Shown here one piece after another: positions 8,103-16,907 of a stretch of DNA of 64,000 nucleotides (positions are counted from its first letter, which is position 1; each line of letters starts with the position of its first letter). The notes under the pieces are model-generated. The model saw only the letters and a list, made by a program, of their open reading frames with translations. It was not told the DNA's origin and searched no databases. The stretch lies in contig JACPLG010000003.1 of assembly GCA_016186625.1 (NCBI GenBank), forward strand, positions 9,645-73,644, in the 5' to 3' direction. This stretch comes from Candidatus Levyibacteriota bacterium (GTDB lineage Bacteria > Patescibacteriota > Microgenomatia > Levybacterales > UBA12049). The translations under genes were made by a program, and so were the position numbers.

Positions 8103-8564
8103 TTAATACAGAGGCAAATGACACCCACAAGAGGCAAATGACACCCACAAAATATACGGAAGCAAAAGATAGGATGCGCTCCTTGAAATAAGAAAAAAGG
8201 CCCGGATTGTCAGAAAAATCATTACCCATAAAGCTATAATATTTACTAATCCAAAAAGAGGGTTTTGAAATCCGAAAAACACAATGGACCATGAAGTGTT
8301 AAGAAACAATTGGATAAGAAACAGCTTGATTGCCCGCTCTTTATTTTTTGAACCTTTGGAAGTCCAAATTAGATAAAATGAGATTCCCATCAGGATATAA
8401 AGAGCTGTCCAGACCGGACCGAATAGAAAATCCGGAGGACTGAATGAGGGTTTCTCAAGGGTGCGGTACCAGGAATCAATTGAAGAAATAGTAAAATATG
8501 ATCCTATTCCTCCTGCTATAAATGGCAGGGCAAGAGAAATAATTAACTTTGGGAAACTCTTCAC
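8103..8564 (-). CDS. tspO: TspO/MBR family tryptophan-rich sensory protein, 3' end frameshifted by a 20-bp tandem duplication
   Basis: WYRTLEKPSFSPPDFLFGPVWTALYILMG matches the TspO signature. The authentic C-terminus (VSFASVLNFAIVVLN) is in the other frame (ORF 8077..8292). Confidence 0.65.
   Translation of the reverse strand: MKSFPKLIISLALPFIAGGIGSYFTISSIDSWYRTLEKPSFSPPDFLFGPVWTALYILMGISFYLIWTSKGSKNKERAIKLFLIQLFLNTSWSIVFFGFQNPLFGLVNIIALWVMIFLTIRAFFLISRSASYLLLPYILWVSFASCGCHLPLY
8111..8150. repeat. Exact tandem duplication of the 20-bp unit GAGGCAAATGACACCCACAA (2 copies)
   Basis: Read directly: 8111-8130 equals 8131-8150. Confidence 0.9.
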
Positions 8565-8636
8565 AAATTAAGTATAGCAATTTTCCCCAAATTTCTCTTT
8601 GATTTGATTCTAAAATTGGTGTATTATATTCACACT

Positions 8637-8846
8637 ATGCCTCATATAATTGAGCAAAACCCAAAGATTTTAAGCGGACAACCGGTCATTAGGAACACAA
8701 GAATTCCTGTAGCTAGAGTATTGGCTCTAATTGGAATGGGATATACACTTCCCAAATTAAAAAGAGAACTTCCGGACCTAAATAAACTAACAAAGAAAGA
8801 TCTCGCAGATATATTTTTCCACTATTCCCAACTTGCGTCAAAGTAA
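8637..8846 (+). CDS. DUF433 domain protein (antitoxin-like), orphan
   Basis: ILSGQPVIRNTRIPVARVLALIGMGYTLPKLKRELPDLNKLTKKDLADIFFHY matches the DUF433 pattern (GG.P.I.GTRI.V..VL......G.S.EEI...YP.L...DI..AL.Y). No DUF5615/PIN partner is adjacent. Start taken at the internal M (the track ORF begins at 8604). Confidence 0.55.
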   Translation: MPHIIEQNPKILSGQPVIRNTRIPVARVLALIGMGYTLPKLKRELPDLNKLTKKDLADIFFHYSQLASK

Positions 8847-8883
8847 ATAATCCTGATGATTTCTGGGGAAAGGCGATAAAAAT

Positions 8884-9303
8884 TTAATTTGGTCTTTGGG
8901 GATTTTGGGCAGGTGCTACAAATACATCTACCTCAATTCCGGAAGGATCCTCCGGAGCTTCAAGCAATTCAATACTAAGACCTTCATCAGGTGCTGAATA
9001 TAAACCAATCAGGTCTTCATGGGGACGTCTTGGATTCATTATGAAATCAATTGTAGGCTGTCTTCCTAATGCTTGACTAATTTGTATGATGCCTCTCTCT
9101 ATTTTCCCGTCGTCAGCAACCATCATTAATTCTCCGAATGTGTAAAGAGGTGTTGACTCATCAAGATCATCCATCTTATCAACCTCTTCATCGTCAAGAT
9201 ATCTTACAATTATTAATTGTTTGTTTCCCTCCGGTGACTTGATACCGTGTTGTTCAAAAAATACATATTCTTTCTCCTTATACATAATGCGGCAATTATA
9301 CAT
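8884..9303 (-). CDS. Hypothetical acidic protein (139 aa)
   Basis: ORF track. Confidence 0.4.
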   Translation of the reverse strand: MYNCRIMYKEKEYVFFEQHGIKSPEGNKQLIIVRYLDDEEVDKMDDLDESTPLYTFGELMMVADDGKIERGIIQISQALGRQPTIDFIMNPRRPHEDLIGLYSAPDEGLSIELLEAPEDPSGIEVDVFVAPAQNPQRPN

Positions 9304-9323
9304 CAGGAGGCCTTCTTTGCAAA

Positions 9324-9866
9324 TTATTCCTCTGGCTCTGGTGTTGGGGTTTCCTCTTCCGGACTAGGAGTGGGGGTTTCTTTGGGCTTAATTTCCAAAA
9401 GTTCTACCTCAAATTGGATTGGAGTGTTGGGAGGAATTGGTCCTGCTCCCCTTTCTCCGTAAGCCAAGTTTGAGGGAATTAAAATTCTTCTTTTGCCTCC
9501 CAATTTCATGCCCACAACTCCCTGCTCAAATCCCGGTATAACTTGTCCTGCGCCTACCGTAAGCTCAAACGGCTCCCTCCTCTCATATGAGCTGTCAAAG
9601 GAGCGCCCGTCCAAAAACGCTCCTATATAATGAACCGCAATTGTGTCTCCCGCCTCAACCTGGGCCGAGCCGCTTCCCACCTTAGTATCCTGAAATTGGA
9701 GCTGGGTTACATTTGGCGGTGGAGTTGGCGCAGGCGAAGTATTTAAATTAAAATCCAGAGGATTTTCTTCAATAGAAGGCGCTTTATTTGATTGAAATAC
9801 AAGAAGAATCATTAGAAGTATAAGAAGAGCAAATCCGGCTGCGCCAATTATGTATTTATTTTCCAC
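9324..9866 (-). CDS. FKBP-type peptidyl-prolyl cis-trans isomerase with N-terminal membrane anchor and Pro/Thr-rich linker
   Basis: GDTIAVHYIGAFLDGRSFDSS...FELTVGAGQVIPGFEQGVVGMKLGGKRRILIPSNLAYGERG...FEVELLEI is a canonical FKBP domain. Confidence 0.8.
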   Translation of the reverse strand: MENKYIIGAAGFALLILLMILLVFQSNKAPSIEENPLDFNLNTSPAPTPPPNVTQLQFQDTKVGSGSAQVEAGDTIAVHYIGAFLDGRSFDSSYERREPFELTVGAGQVIPGFEQGVVGMKLGGKRRILIPSNLAYGERGAGPIPPNTPIQFEVELLEIKPKETPTPSPEEETPTPEPEE

Positions 9867-9899
9867 GCCCGTTATTATAGCAAATAAGAGGCTTAGTTC

Positions 9900-10166
9900 T
9901 TAGGCTGTTTTTGTAACCGGTCTTTTAACGCTGCGTTCTAATTTAAGCTGCCTGAGTTTTTCTCTTTTTAGTGTCTCTTCAAGAAGCGTCTTTTCAAATT
10001 CTTCTTGACACTCTCTATTTGTGCAAACTATTTGGCTATGATAAAGAATCATAAACCCGTTAGGGTTTTGGATTTTTTCTATCCACGTTTTTGATATTTT
10101 CCTTTTGCTGTTACACCTTTCACAGAGAATATCTTCATCTGGAAGTGAATTACCTATTTTTGGCAT
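9900..10166 (-). CDS. Hypothetical Cys-containing (Zn-ribbon-like) small protein
   Basis: ORF track; CERC...CTNREC cysteine pairs. Confidence 0.4.
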   Translation of the reverse strand: MPKIGNSLPDEDILCERCNSKRKISKTWIEKIQNPNGFMILYHSQIVCTNRECQEEFEKTLLEETLKREKLRQLKLERSVKRPVTKTA

Positions 10167-10185
10167 AGGCTAGTTTCCCATTGAT

Positions 10186-10509
10186 TTAATATCTATTTCT
10201 AGAACTCTTATTATCTCTTCTTTGGAAATTATTTCTCTGTCCGCGCCTTTGGCCAAACTCTTCTCTTGGACGCGCCTCTTTGACAACAATTGTTCTATTA
10301 TCAAGTGTTGAGCCATTAAGCTTATCCATGGCGAGCCTTGCTTCTTCATCAGTTGACATCTCTACAAAACCAAAACCTTTGCTTTGATTTGTATATTTGT
10401 CCATTATGACCTGCGCTGATGTGACGGTTCCGACTTCTGAAAAATGTTTGTTAAGGCTGTCTGATGTTGTATCATACGAAAGTCCTGCTACGAATAAATT
10501 TTTTGCCAT
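10186..10509 (-). CDS. RRM-type RNA-binding protein
   Basis: LFVAGLSYDTT...KGFGFVEM carries RNP2/RNP1 motifs, with a basic Arg-rich tail. Confidence 0.8.
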   Translation of the reverse strand: MAKNLFVAGLSYDTTSDSLNKHFSEVGTVTSAQVIMDKYTNQSKGFGFVEMSTDEEARLAMDKLNGSTLDNRTIVVKEARPREEFGQRRGQRNNFQRRDNKSSRNRY

Positions 10510-10664
10510 TTTGTTTTCTCCTTTCTTTAAATATTTAATTAATAAATAGAGGAAAAGTAAAAAACGGGGAGTTTTTTATTTAAGTCTAAGAATTAATCCT
10601 AAACCCTATTATACCAGATATTAGCTTGTAATAAAACCGGCGGGACAAGTATAATTCAGCCTGA

Positions 10665-10677
10665 TATAATACGGTTA
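10665..10677 (+). promoter_or_regulatory. -10 box TATAAT placed 7 nt before the alaS ATG (leaderless-type promoter)
   Basis: ctgatataatacggttaATG, read directly. Confidence 0.35.
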
Positions 10678-12516
10678 ATGAGCGCGCAAGATATTATAAA
10701 CAAGTATATTAAGTTTTTTGAGGACCGTGGTCACAGGAGGATTCCAAACAGTCCGCTTGTTCCTGAGAATGACCCCACAACTTTGTTTACAAGTTCCGGC
10801 ATGCAGCCATTAGTTCCCTATCTTTTGGGCGAACCTCATCCGGAGGGAAATCGATTGGTTGACGTCCAAAACTGCTTCCGCTCCGTTGATATTGATGAAG
10901 TTGGAGATAACCGTCATACCACTTTTTTCCGAATGCTTGGCAATTGGAGCCTTGGAGACTATTTTAAGGAAGAAGAAATTCCCTGGCTATGGGAATTTCT
11001 AACACGCGAACTCGGACTTCCAAAGGAAAAACTTTACATAACTGTTTTTAAAGGCTTTGAGAATATTGAATACGATCATGCTTCTGAAATCATATGGAAA
11101 GATATATTCGAGCGGGAAAATCTCGAACCAAAAGTTTTTGCGGATGAAACAAATTGGTGGAGCCGCTCCGGAACTCCCGAGCAAATGCCTGCGGGAGAGC
11201 CCGGCGGACCCGACACTGAAGTCTATTTTAAATTTGACGATGTTAAACATAGTGGCCAGTGCAAAGGAGATAACCCAACTAAGTGTGGGTGCGGAGGATT
11301 TTTTGAAATTGCAAACAGCGTTTTTATGCAATACATCAAAGGGAATAATGGATCCTTTAAGGAGTTGCCCAAAAGAAACGTTGATTTTGGAGGAGGACTC
11401 GAGCGACTTCTGGCAGCAGTTGAGGATAAGAGCGACATTTTTCAAACAAGCACATTTTCTTCGATACTACGTAGTATCGAAGTTTTGACAGGAAAAGAAT
11501 ATTTGGGAAATGAGAGGACGTTTAGAATTACCGCAGATCATTTGAGAGCAGCTGTTATGGTTGTTGAAAGTGGCGCTGTACCTTCAAATAAAGAACAGGG
11601 TTATATACTGCGAAGGCTCCTGAGGCGTAGTTTTGATAATTGGCACGTTTTGAAAGGAGGGGATCTAGCTCCCGTTATTGAGGGAGTTATTGAAGAAGGA
11701 AGTAAAACAGATCCGCAGCTTAAAACTAATTTTGAAAGGATTAAAAATACAATTCTTGAGGAACATTCAGTTTATAAAAAGGCCCTTGAGGGCGGAAAAA
11801 AGCTGATTGAAAAAGAGCTTGCAAGAAAGGGTGTTAGGACAGGAGATGAGCTTAAGGGCTTGGTTGAAATTTCAGCAGATTTAGCTTTCAAATCTCTCGC
11901 TTCATACGGACTAAGCCCGACCCAGCTTAAAAGTTTGGGATATGATTTTAACGAGCAGGAACTGGCTGAGAAAATAAAAGAACATCAAGGAATTTCTCGC
12001 AAAGGTGCTGGGAAAAAATTCTCAGGAGGGCTTGCTGACCATTCCGCACAAACTATTAAAGGGCATACTGCAACCCATCTTCTCCACCAGGCAATAAGAG
12101 ACATGCTGGGGACAAAAATCCATCAGTCCGGATCAAATATAACCAGTGAGCGTGTGCGATTTGATTTTAATTTTGACAGAAATCTAACCCATGAAGAACT
12201 CGCCAAACTCGAACAAAAGGTAAATGAAAAAATTAGGCAAAACTTGCCAGTTAAGTTCGAAATTATGTCCATTGCAGAAGCAAAAGAAATGGGCGCAATA
12301 GGACTGTTTGATGATAAGTATAGCGATAAGGTTAAGGTTTACACCATAGGTCCTTCGACAGCTCCCTCCAAGGGCGGGCAGGCACTGGGACCTTACTCGG
12401 TTGAGTTCTGCGGAGGGCCTCATGTTAACTTTACCTCTGAGGTAAAATCGTTTAAGATAAGAAAGCAGGAAAGTTTAGGACGCGGCCTGCGCCGGCTTTA
12501 TGCCGTTGTTGGCTGA
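10678..12516 (+). CDS. alaS: Alanine--tRNA ligase, short form (catalytic plus editing domains, no C-Ala domain)
   Basis: FTSSGMQPLVPYLLG...FRMLGNWSLGDYFK is the class II AlaRS core. The editing domain carries HxxxH (HTATHLLH) and a C-terminal CGGPH. Confidence 0.9.
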   Translation: MSAQDIINKYIKFFEDRGHRRIPNSPLVPENDPTTLFTSSGMQPLVPYLLGEPHPEGNRLVDVQNCFRSVDIDEVGDNRHTTFFRMLGNWSLGDYFKEEEIPWLWEFLTRELGLPKEKLYITVFKGFENIEYDHASEIIWKDIFERENLEPKVFADETNWWSRSGTPEQMPAGEPGGPDTEVYFKFDDVKHSGQCKGDNPTKCGCGGFFEIANSVFMQYIKGNNGSFKELPKRNVDFGGGLERLLAAVEDKSDIFQTSTFSSILRSIEVLTGKEYLGNERTFRITADHLRAAVMVVESGAVPSNKEQGYILRRLLRRSFDNWHVLKGGDLAPVIEGVIEEGSKTDPQLKTNFERIKNTILEEHSVYKKALEGGKKLIEKELARKGVRTGDELKGLVEISADLAFKSLASYGLSPTQLKSLGYDFNEQELAEKIKEHQGISRKGAGKKFSGGLADHSAQTIKGHTATHLLHQAIRDMLGTKIHQSGSNITSERVRFDFNFDRNLTHEELAKLEQKVNEKIRQNLPVKFEIMSIAEAKEMGAIGLFDDKYSDKVKVYTIGPSTAPSKGGQALGPYSVEFCGGPHVNFTSEVKSFKIRKQESLGRGLRRLYAVVG

Positions 12517-12524
12517 GACTGCCT

Positions 12525-14765
12525 ATGAACATACCAAATCTGCCTTTTTTAGAGAAAAAAGGGAAGAGCGAATATTTTCTTTCTCTTGTTATTCGAGACG
12601 AAAAAGCAAGCGCAGTTGTTTTTGAGGAGATCAACAGGAAAATAAATGTGGTTGGAGAACATGTGGAGAATTTCAAAACTTCTGTTGAAGACGCAACTGA
12701 GGAAGAGTTTTTAGAAGTTATTGACAGAGCCGTCTCAACTGCCGAGAAAAGTCTTCCGCCAGATACTGAAAGCCACAAGACTGTTTTTGGAGTTAAAGGG
12801 GACTGGATAGATGAAGGGAAAATTAAACCAGAGTATCTTGCAAAACTTAAAAAAGTAAGCGACGAGCTAGATTTTAAGCCAATGGGGTTTTTGGTAATTC
12901 CTGAGGCTATCGGCCATCTTTTGCAAATGGAAGAAGGCGCACCTCTTACGGCAATTCTTATAGAAATCGGGCAAAAAGGTGTAAACTTATCCTTATTTAG
13001 AACGGGTAAAATTATTGCTACAAAACAAGGAAGCATTGGAGAATCTATTGTTTCAACCGTAGAAGGGCTTTTAAAACACTTTTCAGCTCTCGGAGACCTG
13101 CCTCCTCGGATAATTCTTTTTGATGGCGGGAGGGAAGATCTTCAGCAAAAATTTATTAGCCACAAATGGGCTAAGGAGCTTTCCTTTTTACACCTTCCCC
13201 AGATAAGCGCACTCTCATCCAATTTTGATGCCCGTGCGGTTCTAAACGGAGCAGCCCAGCAGATGGGCTTTGAAGTGCTTGAAGCCTCACTTGCAACTGC
13301 GGCAAAAGAAGACATGAGCGAAACAGATGCTCTCACTGCTGCGGTGGGAGAAGATGAGGATAAAACCCTGGCAGAAGTTGCCTCCGAATTTGGATTTTCA
13401 GAGCATGACGTTAAAACTAAAGAAGAAGCGGGAGAAAAACCCAAAACCGCGGTATCCGAAGCACTTCAACATGAAAATATTACCCTTTCTGATCAGTTCC
13501 GAGAAATTCCCGAAGAAGTGAAAATAAGAACAGCCGAGAGGAAATCGCTTCCTATAAATGCAGCACTGATCACAACTGGCATATTAAGATTCGTTAAAAA
13601 AATAAATATAGGTTCTCTCATAAGAGGCGCAAACAGTTCGCGGAAAAAACTTATGCTTGGAATAATTCCTTTTATATTAATTCTTCTATTTTTATACGTT
13701 TATTTGTTTGGGAAAACTGCTACAGTTACTCTGGGTATAGATTCTAGGCAGGAAGAACAATCCGAAAATATTACTTTCTCACAAAGTGCGCAAACCAATG
13801 CCTCTGAAAACACAATAAACGCGGAGTTTATAACGGTTTCCGAGGACGGGAAAAAGGGAGTATCAACATCCGGCAAAAAAGAAGTCGGAGACAAGGCCAA
13901 AGGCACTGTCACTATGTTTAACAGCAATACCACCGGCGTAACAATTCCAACAGGAACCGTCATCACTTCTTCCAATGATTTGAAATTTATAACGGATAAA
14001 GCCGTAACTGTTGCTTCAGCCTCCGGCGACATTTTCTCAGGAACCGATCCTGGAAAAGCAGACGTCACTGTAACAGCCGAGAAGTTTGGGACAAATTATA
14101 ATTTTCCGAGTGATACAAAATTCACGGTTGAAGGAAGTACGTCTGTTGCCGCAAAAAATGACAAGCCGTTTTCAGGAGGAACAAAAAAAGAAGTGAAGGT
14201 AGTTGCAAAAAAAGATCTTGATAAATTGGCAAGCGATCTTCAAAAAGATCTTGAGGGCAAAGCAAAAGAGGATATAAAAAAGAAGGCGCAGGGTAACTCT
14301 TTAGTCCTTCCCAATTTTATTTCTGTTGAGTTTGATAAAAAAAGCTATAGCAAAGACGTAGATGATGAGGCATCAGAGGTAAGCCTGACCGCAGTCATAA
14401 GCTTTAAAGGCGTTTCGTACAAGAAGGAAGATATGGCTCTTTTTGTCAAGGACAAATTAAGCGATGGGGAGGAACTTGAAGTTGATGCCGACAGTATCAA
14501 GGTAAACGCGGCAAATCTGAAAGAAGAAGACGGCGGTGCAACAGCTAAGCTTGAAATTACGGCAAGCCTTGTCCCTAAGCTTTCCCATAAAGAAATTGCC
14601 CAAAAAATTAAAGGGAATTCTGTAAGAGAAGCTACCGCAAAGTTAAGCAGAATTGATGGGGTAATTAAAGTCGACATAAAATTATTTCCGCCAATTCCCT
14701 TCCTTCCCGAAAGAATTCCATTCTCCTCGGGAAAAATAAAAATAGTGACGGAAAAAAATGGCTAA
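12525..14765 (+). CDS. Membrane protein with N-terminal actin-fold (FtsA/PilM-like) cytoplasmic domain, one TM helix and a large extracytoplasmic domain
   Basis: YFLSLVIRDEKASAVVFEE ... ILIEIGQKGVNLSLFRTGKII resemble the phosphate-1/phosphate-2 regions of actin-like ATPases. TM segment LMLGIIPFILILLFLYVYLFG. Inference only. Confidence 0.5.
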   Translation: MNIPNLPFLEKKGKSEYFLSLVIRDEKASAVVFEEINRKINVVGEHVENFKTSVEDATEEEFLEVIDRAVSTAEKSLPPDTESHKTVFGVKGDWIDEGKIKPEYLAKLKKVSDELDFKPMGFLVIPEAIGHLLQMEEGAPLTAILIEIGQKGVNLSLFRTGKIIATKQGSIGESIVSTVEGLLKHFSALGDLPPRIILFDGGREDLQQKFISHKWAKELSFLHLPQISALSSNFDARAVLNGAAQQMGFEVLEASLATAAKEDMSETDALTAAVGEDEDKTLAEVASEFGFSEHDVKTKEEAGEKPKTAVSEALQHENITLSDQFREIPEEVKIRTAERKSLPINAALITTGILRFVKKINIGSLIRGANSSRKKLMLGIIPFILILLFLYVYLFGKTATVTLGIDSRQEEQSENITFSQSAQTNASENTINAEFITVSEDGKKGVSTSGKKEVGDKAKGTVTMFNSNTTGVTIPTGTVITSSNDLKFITDKAVTVASASGDIFSGTDPGKADVTVTAEKFGTNYNFPSDTKFTVEGSTSVAAKNDKPFSGGTKKEVKVVAKKDLDKLASDLQKDLEGKAKEDIKKKAQGNSLVLPNFISVEFDKKSYSKDVDDEASEVSLTAVISFKGVSYKKEDMALFVKDKLSDGEELEVDADSIKVNAANLKEEDGGATAKLEITASLVPKLSHKEIAQKIKGNSVREATAKLSRIDGVIKVDIKLFPPIPFLPERIPFSSGKIKIVTEKNG

Positions 14766-15465
14766 ATATTACCACAAAGGCAAAAGAATAAACTATAAAA
14801 TATTTTTAAAACTTGCAAGCCTTGCTGTTTTAGTACTGGGTGCTTCCTTATTTTTTTATATCTTTTTCCCTCTGATTTCATGGCAAGTATATTTTGCTCC
14901 GGTGTTTGCTTCCCAAAAAATACAAACCCCTATTCCTAACAACTTAGTTATAAATCCGGCAAATATTGGCAATCTTATCGCAACCGCAACAAACACCATA
15001 GGAACGGACTACACTGATGCCAGAAATTGGTACCCCGGAATAGACCAAGGCCAAAATATTGCAACATACAAAATCTCCATACCTAAAATTAATATAGAAG
15101 ATGCTCTGGTATCAAATTCTGATACAGATCTTACCAAGCATCTTGTGCAATATAATTCGGATACTCTTCCCGGAAAGGATGGAAACTCGGTAATCTTTGG
15201 CCACTCAACCCTTCCGCAATTATTTGATCCGGGCAATTACAAAACAATTCTGGCAAATGCTTACAAACTTGAAGTTGGAGATAAGGTAATTATTGAAATT
15301 AACAATAAGCTGTATTCTTATAAAATAGAAAGTATTATAGTAGTTGACCCTTCGGACACTTCAATCCTTGCTCAGAATTTTACCGACAGTTTTATAACAA
15401 TAATCACCTGTACTCCTCCGGGAACTGTCTGGAAAAGACTGGTGATAAAAGCGCGAATTGCCTAG
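14758..15465 (+). CDS. Sortase family transpeptidase
   Basis: N-terminal TM, catalytic His context GNSVIFGHST, TLxTC-type motif ITIITCTPPGT, C-terminal Arg (RLVIKARIA). Confidence 0.8.
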   Translation: MAKYYHKGKRINYKIFLKLASLAVLVLGASLFFYIFFPLISWQVYFAPVFASQKIQTPIPNNLVINPANIGNLIATATNTIGTDYTDARNWYPGIDQGQNIATYKISIPKINIEDALVSNSDTDLTKHLVQYNSDTLPGKDGNSVIFGHSTLPQLFDPGNYKTILANAYKLEVGDKVIIEINNKLYSYKIESIIVVDPSDTSILAQNFTDSFITIITCTPPGTVWKRLVIKARIA

Positions 15466-15632
15466 CGAAGTCGGGTCAAGTTTCTAGAATGGGGTAAGAT
15501 GGAAAGAATAGGAATTAAAAGAATTTTATATAATATCTGGCCAACTATTTATAGGCTGGTCAACGGAACTTTTTATTTTATCCTTCAGCTTACAAGATCA
15601 ACAATCCGGCGTATGATAGATCAAATTAAATC

Positions 15633-16907
15633 ATGACTGAAAGAGATTTGGCAATTGCTGCCATTAGAAAAAAACTTGTAGGAAAACCCCTAAGATACAA
15701 AGAAATCTATTCAATAATGGATCAGATTTCCCAAAATAAGTTGGGAGACGTCCTAACAACCTATTTTGCCGCTTCCGGTTTTTCCAAGGGATTTTCAGAT
15801 GAAGAAATTTACTGGCTGATAAAAGCAATGGTTGAGACAGGCCAAAAGCTCAAATTCAAAGGAATTGTTGCTGATAAACACTCAATTGGCGGAGTCCCGG
15901 GAACAAGGACTACCCTAATTATTGTTCCTATAGTTGCCGCTGCGGGATTTAAAATTCCAAAGAGTTCATCCCGGGCAATTACAACTCCATCCGGAACTGC
16001 GGATGATATGGAAATCTTGGCTCCCGTTAATCTGTCACGAAGAAAAATTTATAGCGTAGTGGAGCGGACCAACGGATGCATTGTCTGGGGAGGAAGTTTT
16101 AATATTGCACCTGCCGATGATGTGATTATAAAAGTTGAAGAAGTACTTCTTTTTGAAAGTTTTGACAAAATTTTAATCTCCGTCATGGCAAAAAAAATTG
16201 CTTTTGGAAGTAATCATGTTGTAATTGATATTCCTTACGGAAAATCCGTAAAAGTCCACAGGCTCTCCGATGCAAAAATAATTAAAAATAAATTTGAAAA
16301 AATGGCCAAAAAATTTGACATTAAGATAGAAGTTTTGATTCATAAAACTGATGAGCCTGCTGGGAGAGGAATTGGGCCAATTTTAGAAGTAAAAGAAGCA
16401 TTAATGGTTCTAGAACAAGATCCCAATAGATCACTCGACCTTGAGGCAAGGAGTATAAATCTTTCAGGCAGCCTTCTTGAACTTTGTCTCTCTTCCTCCA
16501 GTAAGGGACGGCAGGAGCTAATAAGAAAAAAGTATAAAAATGGATACAATTTGGCAAAAGACATTCTAGTCTCAGGCGCTGCTCTTTCAAAAATGAAAGA
16601 AATTATAAAAGCACAAGGTGGAAATCCAAATGTCAGCAGCAAATCTTTAAAACCCGGCAAATATTCTTTTAAAATCACGGCTCACAAAAAAGGTGCTGTA
16701 ACCTCAATTAATTCAAAAAATCTAACACTGATTGCAAGAATTCTTGGGGCACCTGATATGAAGGGTTCTGGAATTTTTCTTAATAAAAAAATTGGTGAAA
16801 AAGTGAGCCGTGGCGATCCAATCTGTACTTTTTATTCTGATTCCATGTATAATCTTAGGGAAGGAAAAGATTCGCTTAAAAATTTTTCGCTAATTTCGAT
16901 TAAATGA
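15633..16907 (+). CDS. AMP/thymidine phosphorylase family (pyrimidine-nucleoside phosphorylase fold)
   Basis: ADKHSIGGVPGTRTTLIIVPIVAAAGFKIPKSSSRAITTPSGTADDME matches the KHSTGGVGD...GR...TGGT.D signature of the family. Confidence 0.8.
   Translation: MTERDLAIAAIRKKLVGKPLRYKEIYSIMDQISQNKLGDVLTTYFAASGFSKGFSDEEIYWLIKAMVETGQKLKFKGIVADKHSIGGVPGTRTTLIIVPIVAAAGFKIPKSSSRAITTPSGTADDMEILAPVNLSRRKIYSVVERTNGCIVWGGSFNIAPADDVIIKVEEVLLFESFDKILISVMAKKIAFGSNHVVIDIPYGKSVKVHRLSDAKIIKNKFEKMAKKFDIKIEVLIHKTDEPAGRGIGPILEVKEALMVLEQDPNRSLDLEARSINLSGSLLELCLSSSSKGRQELIRKKYKNGYNLAKDILVSGAALSKMKEIIKAQGGNPNVSSKSLKPGKYSFKITAHKKGAVTSINSKNLTLIARILGAPDMKGSGIFLNKKIGEKVSRGDPICTFYSDSMYNLREGKDSLKNFSLISIK

Noticed and set aside
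10999-14677. Numerous antisense or overlapping ORFs of 60-190 aa inside alaS, the 746-aa membrane protein and other large genes
   Set aside because: They are shadow ORFs on the opposite strand or in alternate frames of well-supported genes, with low-complexity translations (for example 10999-11445, 12452-13036, 13142-13444).
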